From positions 2,309,688-2,373,687 of the forward strand of contig CP070758.1 of the NCBI GenBank assembly GCA_020348925.1: 64,000 nucleotides of DNA. The letters run 5' to 3'. The position numbers and the translations under genes are program-made. The notes under the pieces are model-generated. The model was not told the DNA's origin. It saw only the letters and a program-made list of their open reading frames with translations, and searched no databases. Origin of the DNA: Gemmatimonadota bacterium. Its GTDB lineage: Bacteria; JBHIER01; G020348925. Shown piece by piece: positions 37,736 to 46,116 of the stretch (positions within the stretch are counted from its first letter, which is position 1; every line of letters begins with the position of its first letter).

Positions 37736-39047
37736 ACACCGCTCCGCGGATCTTGTGCTGTCTGAAAAGATCGTTCAATGTCTCGACGATGTCGTATGAA
37801 CCGACACAGATCCTGGTGTGAAGTTTTTCAGCCAACTCCTCCACCGTCATGTCGTCCAGGAACAGACCGTCGTCGTTGAGACAGTTGGGCGGCAGGAGTA
37901 TGACATCATCTCTTTCGCGTTCACCCACCGTTTCCAGTATGTCCACTCCGGTGAGCAACCCTGAGACGGTCACCGACTCTCCCAGAAACCTGTTTGGGAT
38001 CAATGCTGTACGAACATGAAGGTTTCTGATTTTGTTCAGTGTTGGAATGATCTGATTCTCAAACAATCTGCTGGCCAGCTTTCCAGTGACTATCGTTGCC
38101 TTCATCGGCATCTCGATTTCTCGCGGGAGTTCATCTTTTCGTTCAAGAAAGGTGTTGAATAATTGCCGAACCATGCCCACCCCATTCTCAATTTGTGGAA
38201 AATCATCATACCACATCGTCTCAGGTATGTTGATGTCCGCCAGTAAGTAGAACTCATCACCAAAGTGGAGAAACGTCTCACCGATGGTACGGCGAAATAC
38301 TTCCTGCCAAGGCTGAAAACAGTTCACAAATTTTCGAGCGTACTGAGAATCGACACCCTGGAGATGATGGAGATTTTTTCGATGCCTCGTTAATCCCACG
38401 GGTACAATGGCCACGGAGCGAACGTGTGGATAAAACATCATGAGATCTTTGATCGTTTTCTCCAGATGTCTGCCATCGTTGAGTCCCGGACAGAGGACAA
38501 TCTGTGTGTGCAGTTCAATATTCCCCTGGGTGAGATATTCGATTCTATTCATAAGTTCATCAACGTCCTGACCCCGCATCAACTTACTCCTGAGAAGTGG
38601 ATCGGTTGTGTGGACGGAGACGAAGAGTGGACTCAAATGGAATTCAATGATGCGATCGAGATCCTCTTTCGATATTCCGGTTAGGGTAATGTATGTTCCC
38701 TGGAGAAAGGATAACCTATAGTCCTCATCCTTGAAATAGAGGGGAGGCCTCATCCCAGGTGGGAGTTGGTCGATAAAACAGAAGACACAATTGTTCTTGC
38801 AACTTTTATAGTGAATGGGCTCAAGCTCAAGGCCCAGGTCTTCATCAGGGTGCTTCTCGATATTTATTTCAAAGGTCTCTTCGCCTCGCTGAACGAGAAG
38901 TGAGAACGATTCATCGCTCGCGTAAAACCTATAGTCGATGAGATCGCGAAGGGGGCGATGATTTATCGTTTTCAAAACATCACCCGGGAGAAGCCCCACC
39001 TTTGATCCGATACTACTTTTTTTAATGTCTATGATCTTCATGCGCAA
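37725..39047 (-). CDS. PDZ + radical-SAM-like DUF512 protein (putative Fe-S oxidoreductase)
   Basis: CKNNCVFCFIDQLPPGMR..LYFKDEDYRLSFLQG, FPQIENGVG, FLDD. A position next to der is typical for this family. Confidence 0.88.
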   Translation of the reverse strand: MRMKIIDIKKSSIGSKVGLLPGDVLKTINHRPLRDLIDYRFYASDESFSLLVQRGEETFEINIEKHPDEDLGLELEPIHYKSCKNNCVFCFIDQLPPGMRPPLYFKDEDYRLSFLQGTYITLTGISKEDLDRIIEFHLSPLFVSVHTTDPLLRSKLMRGQDVDELMNRIEYLTQGNIELHTQIVLCPGLNDGRHLEKTIKDLMMFYPHVRSVAIVPVGLTRHRKNLHHLQGVDSQYARKFVNCFQPWQEVFRRTIGETFLHFGDEFYLLADINIPETMWYDDFPQIENGVGMVRQLFNTFLERKDELPREIEMPMKATIVTGKLASRLFENQIIPTLNKIRNLHVRTALIPNRFLGESVTVSGLLTGVDILETVGERERDDVILLPPNCLNDDGLFLDDMTVEELAEKLHTRICVGSYDIVETLNDLFRQHKIRGAVYGT

Positions 39048-39453
39048 GAATCCAAAAAACTCTTCTAAAATTCCTTTTGATAGTCAATGGCTTTTCATGT
39101 TAATTATGGAGTAAATTATGCTTTTTTTCAAAAAAATCAAGGCTTTTGTTGGGGGCTTCATCTCTCACGTTTTGAAAGTTTTCCGCATCACATTCCGAAC
39201 CCTGACGAATATTTTTTTTTGATTGTCGTTTTCATACCTTTATATTGAATCACATGGTGTGTTTGGTTGGGTGTTCAAAACACCGCTACAGGTTTGCCAA
39301 GGGAGGTGATAATTGACACCTTTGAATGTACAATGTGATGTATACTGCAAGGGTGTTTTTTATTTTGAATCGTTTCGAGATTTTTTAACCTTCATTCGCA
39401 TTCGAGAAATGATTCCGAATTGAGCGATACGATGTGTGAGGAATTTTTCATTT

Positions 39454-40908
39454 ATGCGATGGTCCGTGTCAATTCCTGTCAGTTTTTTTGTTTCGCTTAT
39501 TCTCATGAATAGCTTGATTGGTCAGACGGAACGTTTGGAAATTGTTGGTAGCTCAGGAACACCGGGCAGTGCGGGTCATGTGATGCCAATCGAATTTGAC
39601 AGTCGCCGATCACATGACTGGTCTGCGATAGAATTCGATATTTTCTTTAATACTGAGGTTTTCGCAGTAGACAGTGTTGGACGGACTCAGCTCACAAGAT
39701 GGAGCGAAATATTTCTTTGGCATAACATTCAGGATGGTATTAAAGTTATAATGTCTGATATAGATGGGCGGCATGTATTAGGTATGGGTGTGGGTCCCAT
39801 TGCTGAAGTCTATTTAGACGTGAATGAAAATGCTCAAGAGGGAACATATCTTTTGGGTTTAGCACATGCAAGATTTTCGCATCCAACAAAACCTCCGATG
39901 ATTCCTCAGGAGGTTGATGATTTGTTCACTGTTACAAAGTGCGTTGAACTCTCTGAAACCTATCATGATTTTGGATCGGTGTCAGTAGTGGATTCAGTCG
40001 ATTGGGTGCTTGAGATCTGCAATATATGTGATGACGTAGTGTTCATCTTGAGCAGTTATTCTGATTCTTTTAATTTTTTCACACACGGGCTCTCGTTTCC
40101 CTTGATTCTTCCATCTCATGATTGTCAGGAATTGGTGGTCACGTATGCATCAAAGGATTTCTACTGGACGACCGGCCGATTGGAACTTTCCGTTATTCAT
40201 CCTGCAGAACAGGGGTTGACCGTTCATTTGAGAGGAACCGGCGCACCCCAACCTGACATTATTGTGTCTTTTCCCGATTTCTGTGTTGTGCCAAATGATA
40301 CGGTCCGAATTCCAATTGATGCATTTATTCCAGAAGAGTTCGATGTCATTTCTGCATTTCAGATGGATCTCTTATTTGACAGGGAGTTGATATCAGCAAC
40401 CGATTTGCTTCGTCCTGAAAGGACCGCCCATTTAGAAATTTTTAGTTGGTCCAAAATTGATGAAGGGGTGAGAATTGTAATGAGTGGCATTAGACAGCTC
40501 ATTCGTGTTGGATCTGGTCCAATATGTGAGATACTTTTCATTTCGAATGTAAATGATGCCTGTGGACAGTCGATTGATCTTAAGTTCCGGTATGTAAAAG
40601 CAGGTGGAACAATAGATACCGGTCCCATTACTGTTGGAAAAGAGGGAATGGTTTTTTTCTCTCAAAAAGGGGATGTGAATTTCGATTGTGAGGTGGATGT
40701 GTTTGATGTTATTGGGGCCGGGCGGTTCCTTTTAGGGCTTGAAGGACCTTCCTTTTGTCAAAGGGAGACTTCAGATATTGATAACAGCGGTGAAATAGAA
40801 ATCAACGATATCATTGATATTGTTCATATAATTCTTAATTCTAGCTATCCCAACGTTAGTATCGGGCCGTCAGATCTGGCTCTCGATAGGGAGGTGAGAG
40901 TAGAATGA
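39454..40908 (+). CDS. Secreted protein: cohesin-like, ASH Ig, cohesin-like, dockerin-like
   Basis: Signal peptide. SGTPGSAGHVMPI..SAIEFDIFFNTEVF. HDFGSV..WVLEICN Ig repeat. ISAFQMDLLFDRELI. KGDVNFDCEVDVFDV..SDIDNSGEIEINDI. No T9SS-type CTD. Confidence 0.8.
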   Translation: MRWSVSIPVSFFVSLILMNSLIGQTERLEIVGSSGTPGSAGHVMPIEFDSRRSHDWSAIEFDIFFNTEVFAVDSVGRTQLTRWSEIFLWHNIQDGIKVIMSDIDGRHVLGMGVGPIAEVYLDVNENAQEGTYLLGLAHARFSHPTKPPMIPQEVDDLFTVTKCVELSETYHDFGSVSVVDSVDWVLEICNICDDVVFILSSYSDSFNFFTHGLSFPLILPSHDCQELVVTYASKDFYWTTGRLELSVIHPAEQGLTVHLRGTGAPQPDIIVSFPDFCVVPNDTVRIPIDAFIPEEFDVISAFQMDLLFDRELISATDLLRPERTAHLEIFSWSKIDEGVRIVMSGIRQLIRVGSGPICEILFISNVNDACGQSIDLKFRYVKAGGTIDTGPITVGKEGMVFFSQKGDVNFDCEVDVFDVIGAGRFLLGLEGPSFCQRETSDIDNSGEIEINDIIDIVHIILNSSYPNVSIGPSDLALDREVRVE

Positions 40909-41603
40909 AAAAAGTTCTATTCTGTTTTCTTTTCCTGATCGTGATGATGTCATCAATTCTTTTCGCGAAGGAATTGACTGACGAGAGAAAGATCTCGAAT
41001 CTGAATCAACTTTCTATTTATCTACCACAGTGTAATACTATAGTGCCCCCTTTTGAACAGACGATACGAATCAACATGGAGAACGATGTTGATGTCTCAG
41101 GCATCGATCTTGAACTGCGGTATCCGCCAGAACAATTGAGCATCATTGATGTGACTGGAACGAGAAGGGTTAGGGGTAAACCGACAGCCTATATCGATGA
41201 TCCAACGGAGGGTATCTTTCGATTCTTCTGGGCCGAGGGTATCAGTATTGATCCTGGTGCTGGTCCGATTTTCGAGATGACGGTTTCAGTTCCTGTGGAT
41301 GATATCTGCGGTGGACCTCATGAAATCAGCATAACCGATGTTGTCGTTGCAACCACGGAAGGAATTACGAGGGACGTCCTCACTGAAAATGGTGAGTTTT
41401 TCTTTCGTCGGAGAGGAGATTTTAACAGGGACTGTAAGATGGATGTTCTCGATGCCCTCTATGTCCCAATATTTATTTTTTGTCTCAGTTGCGGTCACTT
41501 CCTAACCGGGGAAGATTACATGTTGCTCGATTTCAATAATGATGGAGCGTCTGATGTTCTGGATATGTTGCACATGATTGGTTTTATTCTTCACCAACCC
41601 TGA
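40905..41603 (+). CDS. Small secreted cohesin-like + dockerin-like protein
   Basis: Signal MKKVLFCFLFLIVMMSSILFA; MENDVDVSGIDLELRYPP; RGDFNRDCKMDVLDA..LDFNNDGASDVLDM. SD GGAGGT; start overlaps the upstream stop. Confidence 0.8.
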   Translation: MKKVLFCFLFLIVMMSSILFAKELTDERKISNLNQLSIYLPQCNTIVPPFEQTIRINMENDVDVSGIDLELRYPPEQLSIIDVTGTRRVRGKPTAYIDDPTEGIFRFFWAEGISIDPGAGPIFEMTVSVPVDDICGGPHEISITDVVVATTEGITRDVLTENGEFFFRRRGDFNRDCKMDVLDALYVPIFIFCLSCGHFLTGEDYMLLDFNNDGASDVLDMLHMIGFILHQP

Positions 41604-41608
41604 AGGCT

Positions 41609-43132
41609 TTATGAAGTTTCCTCTGTCCACCGCTCTTCCTTCTCATTGACGATAAATATCCCAGCCTTGCCTTTCACCGGGCATTTCGTGACACAGATGC
41701 CGCAGCCGATGCACAGGTCTTCCCGGACATACGGCTTCTTGACCATCCGCAGCCGTCCGTCTACCGTTCTTCCTAATTCTGATTTAAAAATAATAGATTT
41801 TTGCGGAGTCGGGCAATGTTCTTCGCAGACCAGACAATCTTCGTTCTTATACCAGGGGATGCACCGGTTCTTGTCGAAACGGGCCAGGCCGATGCGGGTT
41901 TTTTTCTTCACGTCGAGAGGCAGTTCATGAATGGCATTCGTCGGACAGACCTTGCCGCACAGGTTGCAGTTGTACTCACAATATCCGTAACGCGGTTCGC
42001 CTTTGGGTGTCCAGACACCCTCCCAGCCTGCCTCCAGACCGGTTGGTTGCAGCAGCCGGCCGTTGGTCTCGCAGGTCCGAATGCACGCCCCACAGCGGAT
42101 GCAGCGGTCGAGGAATTCCGGCTCCGGGACCGAGCCCGGCGGCCGGATGAGGTGTCCTGCCTTCTCCTTGCTGCTGTATGCGGTTTTGACAACGCCGACC
42201 GTCATGACGCCTGCGGCCAACGATTGGAACAGCCTTCTTCGGGGGAGATCGACGCTGTGAATCACATTTTTTCGGGTGGTCGTGAATCCGGTTACAGCGG
42301 GCGGACAATCGGCGACGCAGTTGAAACACTGAATGCACTCCGGCGATGAGGTTTCGATGAAATTGGGAGAGATGGCGTCCATCTTGCAGGTGCTGTAACA
42401 AACGGAACACCGGGTGCACCCGACCCACACTTTGCGATTGACGAGTCCGAATTTTGAGACAAGGGCCAGAAGGGCCCCGAGGGGACAGAGGTTGCGACAC
42501 CAGAATCGACGCGAGACGAACTCCAGCGCAAGAATAACTCCGAAAATGAAAAAGATGATGATGCTTGTTCTGAAAAAGGATTGTTGGCTCGGTAAAATAT
42601 AGGTGAGAAGAAAATCGTTGGTAGGATAGAGCACACCTTCCAAGGGTTCAAATCGGAAGAGAAATCCCACGGATGTTCGCAGGATAAAAGCGGCGGTCGG
42701 GAAAATGACGGTCGTCACCGTTCGCGTCAGAAGAGCGATGGGATCGATGTAACCGATGAGCCCTGTGGAAAAGAGAGCCGAAACAATGAGGATAATGAGA
42801 ACGATATATTTTACGGATTTCAGAGTGCGGTGGTGTTTTCCCTTCGGTTTTTTCTTGGCGCGTGAAAAGAGATCGACGGTTGTGCCGAGGGGGCAGATCC
42901 AGCCGCAGAAGAATCGGCCTATGAGAAGCGTGAAGACGAGGAGAATCACCGCCGGCCAAAGGTCAACAATGAAGCTCCGGGAAGCCAGCATAGAACCGAC
43001 GGCAATCAGGGGATCGAGTCGGAGAAAAAAATCGACGGGATAATTTCGCTCGAAGGGATAGGCATTGAGAAAGAACAACCACACGAACATGATGAGAAAA
43101 AAGATCTGTACGATACGGCGGGTTAAACGCAT
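41609..43132 (-). CDS. Membrane polyferredoxin (NapH/MauN-like membrane domain fused to a NapG/MauM-like Fe-S domain)
   Basis: GRFFCGWICPLG, RFWCRNLCPLG, multiple CxxCxxCxxxCP motifs, IRPPGS, internal RRRLF motif. Confidence 0.88.
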   Translation of the reverse strand: MRLTRRIVQIFFLIMFVWLFFLNAYPFERNYPVDFFLRLDPLIAVGSMLASRSFIVDLWPAVILLVFTLLIGRFFCGWICPLGTTVDLFSRAKKKPKGKHHRTLKSVKYIVLIILIVSALFSTGLIGYIDPIALLTRTVTTVIFPTAAFILRTSVGFLFRFEPLEGVLYPTNDFLLTYILPSQQSFFRTSIIIFFIFGVILALEFVSRRFWCRNLCPLGALLALVSKFGLVNRKVWVGCTRCSVCYSTCKMDAISPNFIETSSPECIQCFNCVADCPPAVTGFTTTRKNVIHSVDLPRRRLFQSLAAGVMTVGVVKTAYSSKEKAGHLIRPPGSVPEPEFLDRCIRCGACIRTCETNGRLLQPTGLEAGWEGVWTPKGEPRYGYCEYNCNLCGKVCPTNAIHELPLDVKKKTRIGLARFDKNRCIPWYKNEDCLVCEEHCPTPQKSIIFKSELGRTVDGRLRMVKKPYVREDLCIGCGICVTKCPVKGKAGIFIVNEKEERWTEETS

Positions 43133-43279
43133 GAGGAAACCCTTGAAAATACTGTCAGAGAAATAAGAGACGTAAGAGTTGATCTTTCGAGTAGCGACAT
43201 AGGGGCGAAACAGAGAATGCCAATCCTGTTTGAATAAATAGGTGCCGCGCACTTCCGACGTGCGCGGCAGGGTGAAGTT

Positions 43280-44191
43280 TTACCCCAGATCAATCTCTTT
43301 GATATTCACTTTTTCCAGATCCATCACTCCCAGGCCCATTTCATGGCACCGCGCAATATATCCGATGTCGCTTCCCTTCAGTTGGAAGAGGGTGGCCGCA
43401 TAGGCATCCACAGTGATCATGTCAGTCCCGGCAGCGATGGTGCTGGTCTGGCGCACATCCCCGAGACTACCGCCCTGCGGGCCGTTGGCCACAAGGATTC
43501 GGGTGGCGTCCAGAACGGTCAGATGCGGCTGAAGAATTGTGCACAGGTCGGCCAGCTTTTGGTCGATGCCGTTGTGGATCTCGCCGCGATCCCCACCGAT
43601 GACGCCCATAATATTCTTCACGCCCAAACTCACTCGTGTCAAACTGTGATGCTTCGCCACCGGTATGTTGATGAGCACATCGCATTCGAGCACATCTTTG
43701 TAGAATTCCCACGACTTCAGGACTTTTCCTTGAGGGATGTCAATTTTTGTAAATCGCGCCTCGACGATATGTCGAATCTCACCTCCGGCTTCCTTGACCG
43801 CCTCTTCAATACCGCTGCGCTTATAACATCTGCGGGCATCGTTGCAGGTTCTGTCGAAGACTTTGACCTTTTTCGCCCCGGCTTCGTAGCACAGTCTGAT
43901 CGTCTCGGCCACGACCTCCGGGTTTGTATTGGCCGCCTGCTGCGGCGTTCGGTCCCAGCCGATGTTCGGTTTGACGACCACGACGTCGCCTTTCGTGACG
44001 AATTGTGACATGCCTCCTAGACTTTTTATGGCATTTTGCACCAGAGCTGCAGGTGAGCCGTTTTTCGCAACAACAATATCGGTCAGCTTCTCCTGGCTGG
44101 TTTTCAGGGAATCGAGCACCTGCCCCGGTCCCAAGGCGAATGTCGCAGCACCCAGCCCGACGCCTGCTTTTAGAAATTCTCGTCGTTTCAT
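43280..44191 (-). CDS. DUF362 family protein with Tat signal
   Basis: MKRREFLK twin-arginine signal; VVVKPNIGWDR..NTNPEVV; INIPVAKHH..LGVKNIMG. Confidence 0.88.
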   Translation of the reverse strand: MKRREFLKAGVGLGAATFALGPGQVLDSLKTSQEKLTDIVVAKNGSPAALVQNAIKSLGGMSQFVTKGDVVVVKPNIGWDRTPQQAANTNPEVVAETIRLCYEAGAKKVKVFDRTCNDARRCYKRSGIEEAVKEAGGEIRHIVEARFTKIDIPQGKVLKSWEFYKDVLECDVLINIPVAKHHSLTRVSLGVKNIMGVIGGDRGEIHNGIDQKLADLCTILQPHLTVLDATRILVANGPQGGSLGDVRQTSTIAAGTDMITVDAYAATLFQLKGSDIGYIARCHEMGLGVMDLEKVNIKEIDLG

Positions 44192-44271
44192 TCTCAGATT
44201 CTCATCTCCTTTCTCAGACTATTTTACCCAATAGGACGTCATTCATAATGCATAAGTTCCATTTACGTCTT

Positions 44272-44300
44272 ATTATACAATAATAAGAGTGCGTTGTCAA
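44272..44300 (-). promoter_or_regulatory. Consensus sigma70 promoter for the DUF362-polyferredoxin operon
   Basis: Minus strand TTGACA-17 nt-TATAAT, a perfect consensus match. Confidence 0.8.
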
Positions 44301-44690
44301 TCTCATTTTTTCGATTACGTGTGCAATGGATGTGCTCTCTTGGTGCATCCGATCGGATCAGCTCGTGATGAGCGTCCGTCATAGTGGAATACAGGATCGG
44401 ATGTTGAATTGTGAATTCATGTCTGAGCCTCTGTTTCGATCTCTTCGATTATACTCAGGGTGGACCTGCCGAACAGTTCCAAATACAGGGGCATGCATTG
44501 ACAGGAGAGTCATCGAGTTTTCTTCGTTCCTTAACATTGTTCGCAACGAGAGGGGAGTTGTTGCGATAGTCCTGTTCCAAATGAGATGTAGAAAGGATGT
44601 GAGAAAAAGTGCAACTCCTTCAGGGGCTGTGGGATGTTTCCCAAACAAGCCTGATATGTGCACGTATCCCTTATCGATGGGAAATACACG

Positions 44691-44719
44691 TTGACAATCT
44701 CCCTTGATTTCGTTAGATT
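44691..44719 (+). promoter_or_regulatory. Putative sigma70 promoter for the thiC operon
   Basis: TTGACA-17 nt-TAGATT. Confidence 0.65.
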
Positions 44720-44787
44720 TAGATACTGTTGCAGTTGAAAAAATAAGATGCATGGTCAAAAATGAGTTGTGCGAGGTTCGATAAAGC

Positions 44788-46080
44788 ATGGAAAGAGAGA
44801 AAAATCTCATAGATGGAGCCCGAGAGGGAGTGATCACGGAGTCGATTGAAGACGTGGCCGTGGATGAAGGGGTGTCGCCCAAGGAGGTGGCCTCCGGGGT
44901 TGCCTCGGGAACAATCGTCATAACAAAAAATAGGAATCATGCCAATATTCGCCCTTTGGGCATCGGTGAGGGTCTGCGGACAAAAATCAACGCGAATATA
45001 GGCACATCACCCGACCAGGTGAGCCTGGATCTCGAACTGAAAAAACTTGCCGCAGCCATTGGGGCCGGGGCGGATACGGTCATGGATCTTTCGACCGGCG
45101 GAGATATTGTCGAAGTTCTTCGAGCGGTTCTGGAGCATTCGACGGTTCCAGTGGGTACAGTACCCATCTATGAAGCCGTCTGCAAGACAGTGCGAAAAGG
45201 CAAACGCGTCGGTGAGATGCGTATTGACGAGCTCTTCGAGGTCATCGAACGCCAATGTGCCGACGGGGTGGACTTTGTGACCGTTCACTGCGGGGTGACG
45301 AAGCGGGCCGTTGAAACTCTGAAACAGCAGGGACGACTCACCGATATTGTCAGCCGTGGCGGTGCGTTCCTGGCGGTCTGGATGTCGCACAACAACCGTG
45401 AGAATCCCCTCTACGAGTTCTATGAGCGATTATTGGACATTGCCAGAAGGTATGAGGTGACGCTCAGCTTGGGTGACGGCCTCCGGCCGGGAAGTCTCGC
45501 CGATGCGACGGATCGCCCTCAGCTCGAGGAGTTGATCGTCATCGGCGAACTCGTGGACAGGGCGCGGGAGGCTGGAGTGCAAGCCATGGTGGAGGGACCC
45601 GGCCATGTTCCACTCAATCAGGTCGAAGCCAACGTCCTTCTTGAGAAGAGGCTGTGCAAGGGAGCACCGTTTTACGTCCTCGGTCCCCTGGTGACCGACG
45701 TGACGCCAGGCTACGATCACATCAGTGGGGCTATCGGCGGTGCCCTGGCCGCCTATGCCGGCGCCGATTTTCTGTGCTATGTGACGCCTTCCGAGCATCT
45801 GCGCCTGCCGACGGTCGAAGATGTGCACCAGGGCGTCATCGCTTCCCGCATCGCGGCCCACGCCGGAGATGTGGCCAAAGGACTGCCTGGCGCCAGGGAC
45901 TGGGATGACCGTATGTCTCAGGCGCGCAAAGCGCTCGATTGGAAACGCATGTTCGAATTGAGCATCGATCCCGAAAAGTCGAAGCGCTACCGTTCCGAGA
46001 GCGATCCTCAGGACAATGAACTGTGCACCATGTGCGGTGAATACTGCGCCATGCGAAGGGTCGAGGAGGCGCTCCGGTGA
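44788..46080 (+). CDS. thiC: Phosphomethylpyrimidine synthase ThiC (short, anaerobe/archaeal-type)
   Basis: TKINANIGTS, MDLSTGG, SLGDGLRPG, VEGPGHVP, GYDHI, CYVTPSEHL, C-terminal CTMCGEYC. Confidence 0.93.
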   Translation: MEREKNLIDGAREGVITESIEDVAVDEGVSPKEVASGVASGTIVITKNRNHANIRPLGIGEGLRTKINANIGTSPDQVSLDLELKKLAAAIGAGADTVMDLSTGGDIVEVLRAVLEHSTVPVGTVPIYEAVCKTVRKGKRVGEMRIDELFEVIERQCADGVDFVTVHCGVTKRAVETLKQQGRLTDIVSRGGAFLAVWMSHNNRENPLYEFYERLLDIARRYEVTLSLGDGLRPGSLADATDRPQLEELIVIGELVDRAREAGVQAMVEGPGHVPLNQVEANVLLEKRLCKGAPFYVLGPLVTDVTPGYDHISGAIGGALAAYAGADFLCYVTPSEHLRLPTVEDVHQGVIASRIAAHAGDVAKGLPGARDWDDRMSQARKALDWKRMFELSIDPEKSKRYRSESDPQDNELCTMCGEYCAMRRVEEALR

Positions 46081-46116
46081 TCGCCGGCAGCCTCAAAGGA
46101 TTTGCAGAGGACTGGG

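Noticed and set aside
44379-44921. 180-aa minus ORF and 122-aa plus ORF (44326-44694) between DUF362 and thiC
   Set aside because: They overlap thiC or its predicted promoter and have no motifs or convincing SD.
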